IMG/VR virus record: IMGVR_UViG_2721755721_000005
Source: a virus
Lineage: Duplodnaviria; Heunggongvirae; Uroviricota; Caudoviricetes
Length of the DNA stretch: 48,167 nucleotides
Reading direction: 5' to 3' (one strand)
A model generated the notes under the pieces. It saw only the letters and a list, made by a program, of their open reading frames with translations. It searched no databases and was not told the DNA's origin. Shown in pieces: positions 1-8,321 of this stretch (position 1 is its first letter; each line of letters starts with the position of its first letter). A program made the translations under genes and the position numbers.

Positions 1-608
1 TATTTTTGTAGAGCCGGAGGAAACAGACCAGACGGTTTAAATGAGCCGGTTACCTTAAACGGATTATCTGCCAGGTAACCGTTATCAACACCAAACTGGA
101 ACACGGCGTTAAGATTTGTCATGTAATTATTTACAGTTACAGCCGATCTCCCTGGTTGTGTAACAATATAGTTACTTTTGGGGATCTGGTATCCAGTCAG
201 TAGCTCTTTACGAACCTCCAGTAATTTTTCTTTATTAATCGATGAGGCAAGATTTTTTTCACCGATTATGCTCAGGATATTTTTGATGACGGCACGGTAT
301 GTGTTGAGTGATGTTTTGGCGACTTCAGTTTCTTTCAGTGCCAGAAATTTTTCAGCCAGTTCTTTTATGGTTAAATCTTGTCGGGCCTCACCAAATTTTT
401 CCAGATTGCGTGAGGAGGGAAACTGTTTTGCATAGTCGAAAACACCAGTTTTTATTGCGTAACAAACAGAGGAGCGTAGTTCACCTGCAACGCGCCTGTT
501 TTTTGCTGTGTCAGGAACCCCCAGATTTTCCCTGACTCTTACGCCTTTATAAACAAACCAGATACGTAATTTCCCTCCATGGTTTTCCACGCCTGTCGGA
601 TATTTCAT
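1..608 (-). CDS. int: Phage tyrosine integrase, N-terminal ~200 aa only (3' end beyond left edge of window)
   Basis: Minus-strand ATG at 608-606; open frame runs to position 1 without a stop, so it is absent from the ORF track. Translation MKYPTGVENHGGKLRIWFVYKGVRVRENLG... has the IntR/lambda-Int-type N-terminal arm-binding pattern (PTGVE..G..RIWF.YKG.R.RE.L). Sits beside an excisionase-like gene at the prophage end. Confidence 0.75.
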   Translation of the reverse strand, partial: MKYPTGVENHGGKLRIWFVYKGVRVRENLGVPDTAKNRRVAGELRSSVCYAIKTGVFDYAKQFPSSRNLEKFGEARQDLTIKELAEKFLALKETEVAKTSLNTYRAVIKNILSIIGEKNLASSINKEKLLEVRKELLTGYQIPKSNYIVTQPGRSAVTVNNYMTNLNAVFQFGVDNGYLADNPFKVTGSFKPSGLFPPALQK

Positions 609-642
609 TTCAACTTCTCTCATTAGTTAGTGTGGCTTTTAG

Positions 643-894
643 TCAAGTAAGATGACGTCTTGGTCTCGCTGATGCCTGGCGCTCAATCCAGCGATCAATT
701 TCTTCCAGGTTGTAAAAGCATGGACTGTTATCCCATGGCATACCGTCATGAGCGACATGCTTATATTCCCTTCCTTCCATAAACGATTTTTCCCGGGCCT
801 TTTTTAACGTACCTTTTTTTATTCCTTTCAGCGCAATTAACTGCTCTTCGGATACCCATTTGCCGGGAGAGACAATCATGATTACTTCGCTCAT
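643..894 (-). CDS. xis: Excisionase-like small DNA-binding protein
   Basis: 83-aa ORF immediately upstream of int on the same strand; size and position typical of lambdoid Xis. Exact start uncertain. Confidence 0.55.
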   Translation of the reverse strand: MSEVIMIVSPGKWVSEEQLIALKGIKKGTLKKAREKSFMEGREYKHVAHDGMPWDNSPCFYNLEEIDRWIERQASARPRRHLT

Positions 895-966
895 CGATTT
901 CTTTATCTCTTACATCAGACGAGCGCCGGTTGCAGAATACCAGTCACAACCGGCGACAGTTGAACA

Positions 967-3438
967 TTAAGAATCAGCCTGACTCGGGATCAGTTTTTGC
1001 CAGATAACTGAAACGTATTTTGCCTGGTAACGGGCGTCATCAAGTGCATTATGGCGCTCACCTTCGAATGGAATAGCCGTTCTGGCATCGAAGTCTATGG
1101 CTTTCCCCAGCTCAACGATTGTGCGTACATCGCGATCGTTGTAGTAACGCCACGGGCAGGGGATCCCCTGCCGTTCGTATGAACGGCGCAAAATCGTGTT
1201 GTCGAAGTTGGCTCCATTTCCCCAAACCTGAACAAAAAATTCACCGGAGTTTTCGTCGATAAATTCCCGCAATTGTAACAGTGCATCATCTAACGGGATT
1301 TCATCGGTCATAATGGCAGATTGCGCTTCGCGTGATTGCTTAAGCCACCATTTAATGGTGTCCCGATCAATGACTCCGCCAGCAGTTTCCAGATCGATAG
1401 TCTTACTAAATTCCGGTCCCATATCTCCGGTTTGCGGATCGAAAAATATTGCACCTATTGAGATGATCGGGGCATCAGGATTTTTTCCCATGGTTTCAAG
1501 GTCGATCATTAGATGGTCACACGTCCTGCTGGTGGATGTGATTTCGTGATGACCGTTCACCTTAATTGGGTGATCTGCCGTCTCGCCAGTTTCATTATCG
1601 CTATTGTGATGCTGATTGCCGCCAGTGTTCTCCTTGTGTGGATGTTCAGCGCCTTCCATTTCCTCCGGATCATCTTCCTGAACTTCAACCTGATACTCTT
1701 CATCGAATGTTTCCTGGTATGTTGCGTCGCCCATCACCGCGCCACAATCAGGGCAGTTGCCGCTGCCGGTCTGACCGCAGGCGGTGCAGACTTTTTCCAC
1801 TTCCTGTTGCGCCACTGGTTCAGGCTGTTTCGTTTCTGGCTCGTTTTGTAACGCATTTGGACTGTTTTGTTCCGCTTTTTGGTAGTTCCGTTCCGATTCA
1901 TGCTGGTTCTGGTTCACAGAATCGCGGGTCTGGATCCCCTTAACCCATTTCGGATCATTCGGGTCACTAATCCCTTCAACAAATTCACCACGTGATGCAG
2001 CAAGCAACTTATCGGCGTCAGGCTGGCTGATATTGGCTGCCTGCATAATTTTGTTTACTTCGTCAGCGGTAACTTTTATCGGCTCTGGTTGTTCTAAATC
2101 TTCAGCGGTATCTACATTTTGCGGTAAGCCCGTGTATGTGCCATTTTTTCGGGCAAAATATTCTTCTTTTGTGATTTCAGTGGCGCCAGCAGCCAGTGCC
2201 TTATCCAGACCAGAAAGTTTGTTTGCGCGACCGTATTTTTCTCCGTCCTTATCTGCGAAGAGGAAATAGAACGGCCCCTCACGCTCTACAGATGGTTCAG
2301 CTTCCGGCGCGGTTTCATTTTTTGGGATATCAGATACCTCAGTTTCCACTGCATCAGTTTGTGTTTCTGATGACTGGAGAACATCAACAGTGCCCAGGTC
2401 TGTTTCTTCATTCTCAAACACGCCCTTTGTCGTCAGGTATTCGCAGATATATTTGTTCAGTGCTACGGGATCTTTGTGAATGTCGATCGGACGCTCACGG
2501 ACAAGGCCAAAAATAGTTTGGCGGTCGTAGCGAAGGGCATCTGGCTGTTTGCGCATTGATGCCGAGATACGCTTCCAGTCTTCGCGGTCGTTGTCGATAA
2601 CTTCTTTTTTTGCCCAGCGATGGATGCTGCCGTCAATGTTTCCGGCATCCACATCACCAGGCCAGAGAGCGTAGGCCAGTTCGTCATCCAGTGTTTTCCA
2701 TGTCTGCTTGTATTCGCGATGAAAGGCAGCAATGACCGGGCTGATTTTTCCTGTTGAATTTTCAGTGTACTGTTGATTGGTTCTGGCGCGGGCGAGATCA
2801 ACAACAGACGTGTATTTTCCGGTTTCCTTGCGTTCACCTTCGCGACGTTTTTTCCAGATGCGCATCTCTGCCTGAATTTCGGGCCATTTAGCACTAGGAA
2901 TACATTTATGCTTAACCCACCCAATGGCGTGCAACTTAAGCTCCGGATACATGGCGTTAACTTCTGGCATTTTCATCAACGCTTCAACGATATGTCCTTC
3001 GAATGTTGCCATGTCTTCCTGCAACAATTCCTGTGCGCTTATAACCATATCAACGGTGATGTTTTCACATGTGTCGAACTTAACCATGACAGCGTTCTGT
3101 ACTTCAGGGGCCAGCTTGTCAAAAGTGACGTTCATCGGATCGGATTCAGTCTCAACCGGGACAAAAGAAGCAGACTCCTCATCCCAGCGGTTTTCCTGCA
3201 TATATTCAGCATCCCATGAATCGAGGGCAGGGCGGGGTATGCCAGGTTTATCCTCGCAGACAATAAATTTATAAGCGCAGTCCTGAGCAGCCGGATAATG
3301 TTCCAGGAATTGCCAGTGAAATTTTGCTCGAGCACGGCGTTCGTCGCCAGCTTCAATGGCTGTGGCTACAGCCACAGCGCCTTCTTCCCTTGTTGCCAGT
3401 TCGTCAGGAATAGCGGCGCAAATAAAGACTTTACTCAT
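967..3438 (-). CDS. Large prophage exonuclease (exodeoxyribonuclease VIII-like position) with C-terminal DEDDh/DnaQ-type 3'-5' exonuclease domain and an internal Cys4 zinc ribbon
   Basis: 823-aa ORF. C-terminal region contains MIDLETMGKNPDAPIISIGAIFF...HNALDDARYQAKY, the DEDDh exonuclease signature. Internal CTACGQTGSGNCPDCG zinc-ribbon motif and a long acidic linker. Occupies the recE position next to int-xis in Rac-type prophages. Confidence 0.8.
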   Translation of the reverse strand: MSKVFICAAIPDELATREEGAVAVATAIEAGDERRARAKFHWQFLEHYPAAQDCAYKFIVCEDKPGIPRPALDSWDAEYMQENRWDEESASFVPVETESDPMNVTFDKLAPEVQNAVMVKFDTCENITVDMVISAQELLQEDMATFEGHIVEALMKMPEVNAMYPELKLHAIGWVKHKCIPSAKWPEIQAEMRIWKKRREGERKETGKYTSVVDLARARTNQQYTENSTGKISPVIAAFHREYKQTWKTLDDELAYALWPGDVDAGNIDGSIHRWAKKEVIDNDREDWKRISASMRKQPDALRYDRQTIFGLVRERPIDIHKDPVALNKYICEYLTTKGVFENEETDLGTVDVLQSSETQTDAVETEVSDIPKNETAPEAEPSVEREGPFYFLFADKDGEKYGRANKLSGLDKALAAGATEITKEEYFARKNGTYTGLPQNVDTAEDLEQPEPIKVTADEVNKIMQAANISQPDADKLLAASRGEFVEGISDPNDPKWVKGIQTRDSVNQNQHESERNYQKAEQNSPNALQNEPETKQPEPVAQQEVEKVCTACGQTGSGNCPDCGAVMGDATYQETFDEEYQVEVQEDDPEEMEGAEHPHKENTGGNQHHNSDNETGETADHPIKVNGHHEITSTSRTCDHLMIDLETMGKNPDAPIISIGAIFFDPQTGDMGPEFSKTIDLETAGGVIDRDTIKWWLKQSREAQSAIMTDEIPLDDALLQLREFIDENSGEFFVQVWGNGANFDNTILRRSYERQGIPCPWRYYNDRDVRTIVELGKAIDFDARTAIPFEGERHNALDDARYQAKYVSVIWQKLIPSQADS

Positions 3439-3531
3439 TTTGTTTTAACCTCATGACAGATTTAAGGATGAACAAATCCCTGCCATTGCTGGCATATAAG
3501 AATGAAACCGGATATTTATTACGGAACTGTT

Positions 3532-3723
3532 TTAAAGACCTGCCGGGATTTCGATATTATCCTGGTGAATAACTTTATCGACCGGGTAACAGTTACCGGG
3601 AATTTTCTGTTCGGTTGCTGCAGTCATACACTCCTGCATTGTCCTGTGAACACTGACTGCAATATCAACTGGCACTCCGGAAACAAGAAAAACTGTCAGA
3701 ACAAGCGCAAATGCTGAATTCAT
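3532..3723 (-). CDS. Hypothetical small protein with N-terminal signal-peptide-like hydrophobic segment
   Basis: Internal ATG (MNSAFALVLTVFLVSG...) overlaps the upstream gene stop in an ATGA arrangement, suggesting translational coupling. Positional analogue of Rac ydaE/kilR; function not assignable. Confidence 0.4.
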   Translation of the reverse strand: MNSAFALVLTVFLVSGVPVDIAVSVHRTMQECMTAATEQKIPGNCYPVDKVIHQDNIEIPAGL

Positions 3724-4013
3724 TGTGCACATCCTTTTGGCATCAGACGTAAACGAGCCAGCATTGAAACAATGCATATTTTATTTAATAGCTCCCGTTC
3801 TTGTTTTCTCTTGTTAATGGCATCTTCAGTAAATACAGGGTTACTGATCGTGACACCAATTTCAAAACAACCTTCAGACGTATTAACGTTTGGTAATAAC
3901 ATTTTCATTATCGCGTCCTCAACAATGAATTTTGTGATGCAGTGCCTGGTGCCTCCAGGTGACGTTAACCAGTTAACAATTAACGTCGGATACAGAGAAT
4001 CCACCCATAACAC
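3720..4013 (-). CDS. Hypothetical early-region protein (start uncertain)
   Basis: 97-aa ORF in the leftward early operon between the exonuclease and the sieB-like gene; coupled to the downstream small ORF. Confidence 0.4.
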   Translation of the reverse strand: MLWVDSLYPTLIVNWLTSPGGTRHCITKFIVEDAIMKMLLPNVNTSEGCFEIGVTISNPVFTEDAINKRKQERELLNKICIVSMLARLRLMPKGCAQ

Positions 4014-4394
4014 TGTTTTTGGTTTTAACTGTTCCGCGTGCGCTTAGCCGCATTCACAGCATCACAAAATTCACTTTAAAAACGGCGGCAGAGCAGTCAC
4101 GGAGTAAAACTGATACCGCCAAACGTCACCAGAAAATTGATAACAGAGGGCGTTGCAGCGGGGTTGTCACTTAAGCGTATGGTCAACCTGACAACTCGGT
4201 GTCCTCAACGGGGAAGGAATAACCCCGCCATACTTACCGCCGCGCCATTTTGCGGGTTGCCACAACCAGAAGCGCACGGTCGAATTAAATTTAACGACAC
4301 CGTACAGTGAGACGAACTTCGCCGTGCGCTTTCGTGTTGTGTGCCTGCTTTTAACCACGTCAGGCGAGGTGGTATCCTTAAAATCACCACAGTT

Positions 4395-4970
4395 TTAAGG
4401 ATTCATTAAGCAATGTCGCAACCACCAATAAATCCGCTTAAGAACATGAAAATTGATTACTGGTATAAAGCGCTTACAGTTGTTGGCGCTGCGTTGTTTG
4501 TCTTTAATGGAACGTCTTTTTTTGACAGATATCCCGTTGTTCCATTGGGTTTTTTGTCCTCCGGCATCTTTTTTATTGGTTTGGGGGAGTGGATTAATCA
4601 CCCTCTCAAAGTGAGATTTATTGGTCCTGGAGTTTGGACTCGTGGATATAATCGTTCTTCGTGCGCACTCGGTATCATCTTCGACATACTTGGTTGTTTC
4701 CTGATTGTTACAGGAGTCGTCAAGTTCTTCTGATGTAAAACCGCAAATGGGGCACGTAACGGGAATTTTGAAAAGCGTTTCTCCGGGTTCCAGAACAAAA
4801 TTTTCTGCGGTCTGATTTTGCTTCTCATATTTGTGCTCCGCGTCATTGTGAGAGCACATTCTTATTCTGAGTGCCTGTTTAAACTCACTGAAGCTGAGAG
4901 CTTCTTCGCCTTCGGCAAGGCCTTCGAAGTATTCTTCGTAAGCCTTTTCCATGATTGTGTCGAAATCCAT
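4395..4970 (-). CDS. Hypothetical protein; only the N-terminal ~79 aa (4734-4970) looks protein-like, the remainder overlaps the plus-strand membrane-protein gene
   Basis: ATG at 4970-4968 overlaps the stop of the upstream 51-aa gene (TGATATG). N-terminal part MDFDTIMEKAYEEYFEGLAEGEE...CPICGF has a CxxC motif; the part antisense to 4413-4733 is low-complexity N/K/R-rich. Confidence 0.3.
   Translation of the reverse strand: MDFDTIMEKAYEEYFEGLAEGEEALSFSEFKQALRIRMCSHNDAEHKYEKQNQTAENFVLEPGETLFKIPVTCPICGFTSEELDDSCNNQETTKYVEDDTECARRTIISTSPNSRTNKSHFERVINPLPQTNKKDAGGQKTQWNNGISVKKRRSIKDKQRSANNCKRFIPVINFHVLKRIYWWLRHCLMNP
4413..4733 (+). CDS. Small membrane protein, about 3 predicted TM helices (SieB-like position)
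   Basis: ATG preceded by AAGGA about 9 nt upstream. Hydrophobic segments ALTVVGAALFVF, GFLSSGIFFIGLG and ALGIIFDILGCFLIVTGVV. Plus-strand gene embedded among minus-strand early genes, as sieB is in Rac. Confidence 0.45.
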   Translation: MSQPPINPLKNMKIDYWYKALTVVGAALFVFNGTSFFDRYPVVPLGFLSSGIFFIGLGEWINHPLKVRFIGPGVWTRGYNRSSCALGIIFDILGCFLIVTGVVKFF

Positions 4971-4971
4971 A

Positions 4972-5127
4972 TCACTCACCTGAGTTTCTTTCCAGCCAGC
5001 GACGGGCACCATTTTCGGTTTTAAACGTTTTGCTTTTGGTATACGTCATCGCGGTGAACGTGCCGTCCTGGTTGGGGAACACGCCACATACCAGAGATTC
5101 GCTGTTGCCAAGATCGATAGTATCCAT
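4972..5127 (-). CDS. Small early protein, 51 aa (YdaF/YdaG-like)
   Basis: Internal ATG at 5127 with GAGG about 6 nt upstream gives MDTIDLGNSESLVCGVFPNQDGTFTAMTYTKSKTFKTENGARRWLERNSGE. First gene leftward of the repressor, as ydaF/ydaG are in Rac. Confidence 0.5.
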   Translation of the reverse strand: MDTIDLGNSESLVCGVFPNQDGTFTAMTYTKSKTFKTENGARRWLERNSGE

Positions 5128-5242
5128 GCTGACCTCATTTCCCCTTAACGCCGGGGTAGCGGAACTGTTTGCTGAGAACACCGTGCGGTGTCTTGATGGA
5201 GGTAATTTAGTTTTCTCATTATTTTTCGTCAAGGTTTTTTGA

Positions 5243-5262
5243 TGAGAAAACTCAAGTATTGG
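5243..5262. promoter_or_regulatory. Operator-like site (OL-type): TGAGAAAACTCAAGTATTGG
   Basis: Near-identical copy of the sequence at 5779-5797 (TGAGAAAACTCAATATTGG), on the other side of the repressor gene. Contains the inverted repeat TTGAG-N4-CTCAA and sits upstream of the leftward early genes. Confidence 0.5.
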
Positions 5263-5319
5263 CGCAAGATAAAGCCAATACATTGAAATGTAAGGCTTTA
5301 AAATTTTGTGAAGGGATGA

Positions 5320-5727
5320 TTATTGATGCTTGTTGCGTTTGCGAGCCTCTAATAGCTCGGTGAACAGGCGATTAAAATTCTCAACGCGGGCGCGGAGTTC
5401 GCTGAGTTGTGCTTGTTGCTCTGATTTAGGAAGTGCGCGATACAAACGCAGCATCTCTAACTCATCTTCCGATAAGTCTAAGGCACTATCGAGTGAAACA
5501 GGGGGAGCTGGTGTTTTGTCCTCGTCGCCAAACAGTATCCAGGTTGGTGAACATTGCAATACCTCGGCGAGGCGATGCAAATTTTGCCCGCGCGGGGCTG
5601 TATGGTCACTTTCCCATAATGAAATTGATGAGCCAGATACGCCAGCAGCTTTGCTTAAACCGTTTTGACTTAAGCCTACCTGCTTACGTCTTTCTCTAAT
5701 GCGTTGACCTAAAGTTTTCTCGTTCAT
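5320..5727 (-). CDS. Prophage repressor, XRE-family HTH (cI/RacR-like)
   Basis: Translation from the internal ATG (MNEKTLGQRIRERRKQVGLSQNGLSKAAGVSGSSISLWE...) has a classic XRE helix-turn-helix; divergent from a Cro-like gene. Confidence 0.8.
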   Translation of the reverse strand: MNEKTLGQRIRERRKQVGLSQNGLSKAAGVSGSSISLWESDHTAPRGQNLHRLAEVLQCSPTWILFGDEDKTPAPPVSLDSALDLSEDELEMLRLYRALPKSEQQAQLSELRARVENFNRLFTELLEARKRNKHQ

Positions 5728-5748
5728 ATTTAGATATCTTAATAACCC

Positions 5749-5797
5749 TTGACTTGAGATTCCTTGAGTGATTAGCATTGAGAAAACTCAATATTGG
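5749..5797 (+). promoter_or_regulatory. Rightward early promoter (pR-like: TTGACT-N18-TAGCAT) overlapped by an operator-like palindrome
   Basis: TTGACT at 5749-5754 and TAGCAT at 5773-5778; operator copy TGAGAAAACTCAATATTGG at 5779-5797 covers the predicted start region, just upstream of the cro-like SD (GGAGG) and ATG. Confidence 0.5.
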
Positions 5798-5804
5798 AGG
5801 TGCG

Positions 5805-6032
5805 ATGTTTAAATCAGACGTAATTAATTTTTACGGTACGAAAGCCAAAGTAGCGAAAGCTGCTGGCGTTGACCCATCTGCTGTTTCTCAATGGCAAGAG
5901 CTGGTTCCTGAAGGTCGCGCGATGCGTCTACAGGAGGCATCTGGCGGCGAGCTTCTGTATGATCCCAAGGTTTATGACGAATATCGTAAGACGAAGCGGG
6001 CGGGGCGGTTGAACAATGAAAATCACTCCTGA
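5805..6032 (+). CDS. Cro/YdaS-like small HTH regulator
   Basis: ATG at 5805 with GGAGG SD; 75 aa (MFKSDVINFYGTKAKVAKAAGVDPSAVSQWQ...), Cro/CI-type HTH, divergent from the repressor. Confidence 0.7.
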   Translation: MFKSDVINFYGTKAKVAKAAGVDPSAVSQWQELVPEGRAMRLQEASGGELLYDPKVYDEYRKTKRAGRLNNENHS

Positions 6033-6537
6033 ACAGGCTCGTGAGGCTCTGGATGCCTGGATATGTCGACCAGGAATGACACAGGAGCAGGCGACGATAT
6101 TAATCACTGAAGCATTCTGGGCTTTGAAAGAGCGCCCGAACATCGATGTTCAGCGTGTCACATATGAAGGTGGCGCGGTTGATCAGCGAGCGCTTAGCGT
6201 TAATCGAGTGAAGATATTCGAACGCTGGAAGGCTATCGACACCAGGGATAAGCGTGAAAAGTTCACAGCGCTAGTGCCTGCAATTATGGAGGCTATCCGG
6301 ATTAGTGATTTCAGGTTGTATCGTGAGATCAGTGATGGAAAAAGTATTACGTACATGATCGCCGGGTTAAATAAAGAATATGGCGATGTGGTGGAATCCG
6401 GACTGCTTTTTGCAGATCCTGCCGTTGTAGATCGTGAAACTGACGAACTTATAGAAAAAGCAATTGCTTTCAAGCTTGCGTATCGACAGCAATACCAACA
6501 AAAAGCTGGATGGAATTATGAGTCTTCTTTTTGCTGA
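6016..6537 (+). CDS. YdaT-like early protein (function uncertain)
   Basis: 173-aa ORF directly after the cro-like gene and overlapping the replication gene start, the position ydaT occupies in Rac. Confidence 0.5.
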   Translation: MKITPEQAREALDAWICRPGMTQEQATILITEAFWALKERPNIDVQRVTYEGGAVDQRALSVNRVKIFERWKAIDTRDKREKFTALVPAIMEAIRISDFRLYREISDGKSITYMIAGLNKEYGDVVESGLLFADPAVVDRETDELIEKAIAFKLAYRQQYQQKAGWNYESSFC

Positions 6538-7483
6538 ACGCCCACTGGTTATAAACACGCAGCTGGCAATGAAAATCGGCTTAAACGAAGCCATTGTTTT
6601 GCAACAACTGCACTACTGGTTGAGAGATACCAACTCCGGTATGGAATGTGATGGTGTTCGCTGGATTTATAACACAACGGAACAATGGCTGGAACAGTTC
6701 CCATTCTGGTCAGAGTCAACGTTAAAGCGCGCGTTTGCAAGTCTGAAAACGCTGGGGCTTTTGCGTTGTGAAAAGCTCAATAAATCAAAGCGCGATATGA
6801 CCAATTTCTACACGATCAACTATGGGAGCGAGCTTTTAGATGGTGGCAAATTGAACGAATCCATCGGTTCAAAATGCGCCGCTCCATCAGGTCAAAATGA
6901 CACGATGGAAGAGGTCAAAATGAAACGCTCCATTGGTTCAAAACGACCCAATGTCATCGGGTCAAAATGGCCCGATGATCCTACAGAGAATACAACAGAG
7001 ATTACTACAGAGAATAAAAACACTTTTAGTCCGGAAGCCTCGCAACCGGACCCGCAGACGGCTGAACAGGATTTTTTAATCCGGCACCCTGACGCAGTTG
7101 TGTTTAGCACGAAAAAACGCCAGTGGGGTAGCCATGAGGATTTGGCGTGTGCGCAGTGGATCTGGGGACGGATCGTGGGTCTCTACGAACAGGCCGCCAG
7201 TGATGATGGCGAGATCATGCGACCAAAAGAGCCTAACTGGACTGCCTGGGCCAATGACGTGCGTACAATGCGGATGCTGGATGGCAGAAGCCACAGACAA
7301 ATTTGCGAAATGTTTGGTCGGGTTCAGCGAGATCCATTCTGGGTAAAAAACATCATGAGCCCGTCAAAACTCCGTGAAAAATGGGACGAACTGGTCATCC
7401 GCCTGGGACGTTCACCTGTACAGCGTTGTGTGAATCATATTTCTGAACCGGATACAGAAATTCCGCCTGGTTTCAGGGGATAA
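6518..7483 (+). CDS. Replication initiator (O-like, replisome-organiser N-terminal domain) containing the origin iterons
   Basis: MSLLFAERPLVINTQLAMKIGLNEAIVLQQLHYWL... resembles the winged-helix N-terminus of phage replication initiators; five 23-bp-spaced direct repeats lie inside the ORF, as in lambda O. Confidence 0.65.
   Translation: MSLLFAERPLVINTQLAMKIGLNEAIVLQQLHYWLRDTNSGMECDGVRWIYNTTEQWLEQFPFWSESTLKRAFASLKTLGLLRCEKLNKSKRDMTNFYTINYGSELLDGGKLNESIGSKCAAPSGQNDTMEEVKMKRSIGSKRPNVIGSKWPDDPTENTTEITTENKNTFSPEASQPDPQTAEQDFLIRHPDAVVFSTKKRQWGSHEDLACAQWIWGRIVGLYEQAASDDGEIMRPKEPNWTAWANDVRTMRMLDGRSHRQICEMFGRVQRDPFWVKNIMSPSKLREKWDELVIRLGRSPVQRCVNHISEPDTEIPPGFRG
6862..6968. repeat. Five iterons (consensus CATCGGTTCAAAATG) at 23-bp spacing: putative replication origin
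   Basis: Copies at 6862, 6885, 6908, 6931 and 6954, followed by an A-rich stretch with repeated ACAGAGA (6975-7020); encoded as SIGSK-type peptide repeats in the initiator. Confidence 0.6.
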
Positions 7484-7523
7484 GTGTTGATTTCAGGTCA
7501 TGAGGTAATTTTAAGGGGGACTT

Positions 7524-7949
7524 GTGGCAAAAGTTTTTACACAAGAAGAGCGGGAAAAAATTAAAGGGCAGGTGGTGGAACTCGTGCGCCAGAGCGGTCG
7601 TGAGACGTTACGGCAACTGGAAGCTAAAACAGGTGCGACAAGATATCTGATGAGCGTTCTTGCCAGAGAGTTGGTTGCCAGTGGTGATGTATACAACTCC
7701 GGCTACGGGTTATTCCCGTCTGAACAGGCGCGTAAGGACTGGCAAAACGCCCGCAAAAAACTCTCGAGGGCAAAGGTGAAGAAACCTGCTGTGGTTGATC
7801 CGGATCTTATCTGGTCATTATCTGACGGAGAAATACGTCGCTACGACAGTCGTCTAAACATAATTTGTAGCGAGTGCCGGAGGAGTGAAGTTATGCAGCG
7901 CATACTGGCATTTTATCAGGGAAATGTTCGATATTTTAGACGTTACTAG
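7524..7949 (+). CDS. Hypothetical protein downstream of the replication initiator
   Basis: 141-aa ORF with a GTG start preceded by AAGGGGGA; no recognisable motif. Confidence 0.45.
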   Translation: MAKVFTQEEREKIKGQVVELVRQSGRETLRQLEAKTGATRYLMSVLARELVASGDVYNSGYGLFPSEQARKDWQNARKKLSRAKVKKPAVVDPDLIWSLSDGEIRRYDSRLNIICSECRRSEVMQRILAFYQGNVRYFRRY

Positions 7950-8321
7950 ATTAAAGAGCATTAGTTCAGATATGAATTGACATTTTCATGGCACAGGGTT
8001 GAGCTAGCGTGGTTGTCCGCTTTGTGCCAGTAACGGACGTTTTAAACATTTGTAATCACTAATCCGCGTAGAAAAGATCTCACCGCATAATCAGGCAAAC
8101 ATGCAGGAACATCTGAGGAGTTTTTTCGAGATACGGACAAGGAAAAGCAGCAGAACCTCGTTGAGGCCCTCTCAGGTGGTGCCGGAAAGAGATGTTATGG
8201 TAAATATCGCAGACATAGAGCATTTGAAGTGATATTTAGCATACTTATGCTCTTATTGTAGATTGGCTTTTACCAAATAAGCTTTTTACTACAATGTATG
8301 AACATAAGCCGATTGATCTTT

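Noticed and set aside
1313-3356. Plus-strand ORFs of 78-153 aa inside the exonuclease gene
   Set aside because: Antisense to a long, motif-bearing ORF; no ribosome-binding sites.
967-3438. Calling the 823-aa exonuclease RecE
   Set aside because: The catalytic motifs are DEDDh/DnaQ-type rather than the PD-(D/E)XK type I recall for RecE, and no recT follows; annotated generically instead.
6862-6968. Regularly spaced direct repeats, considered as a CRISPR array
   Set aside because: Repeat unit is only about 15 bp at 23-bp spacing, lies inside a replication initiator ORF and has no cas genes; it is an iteron-type origin.
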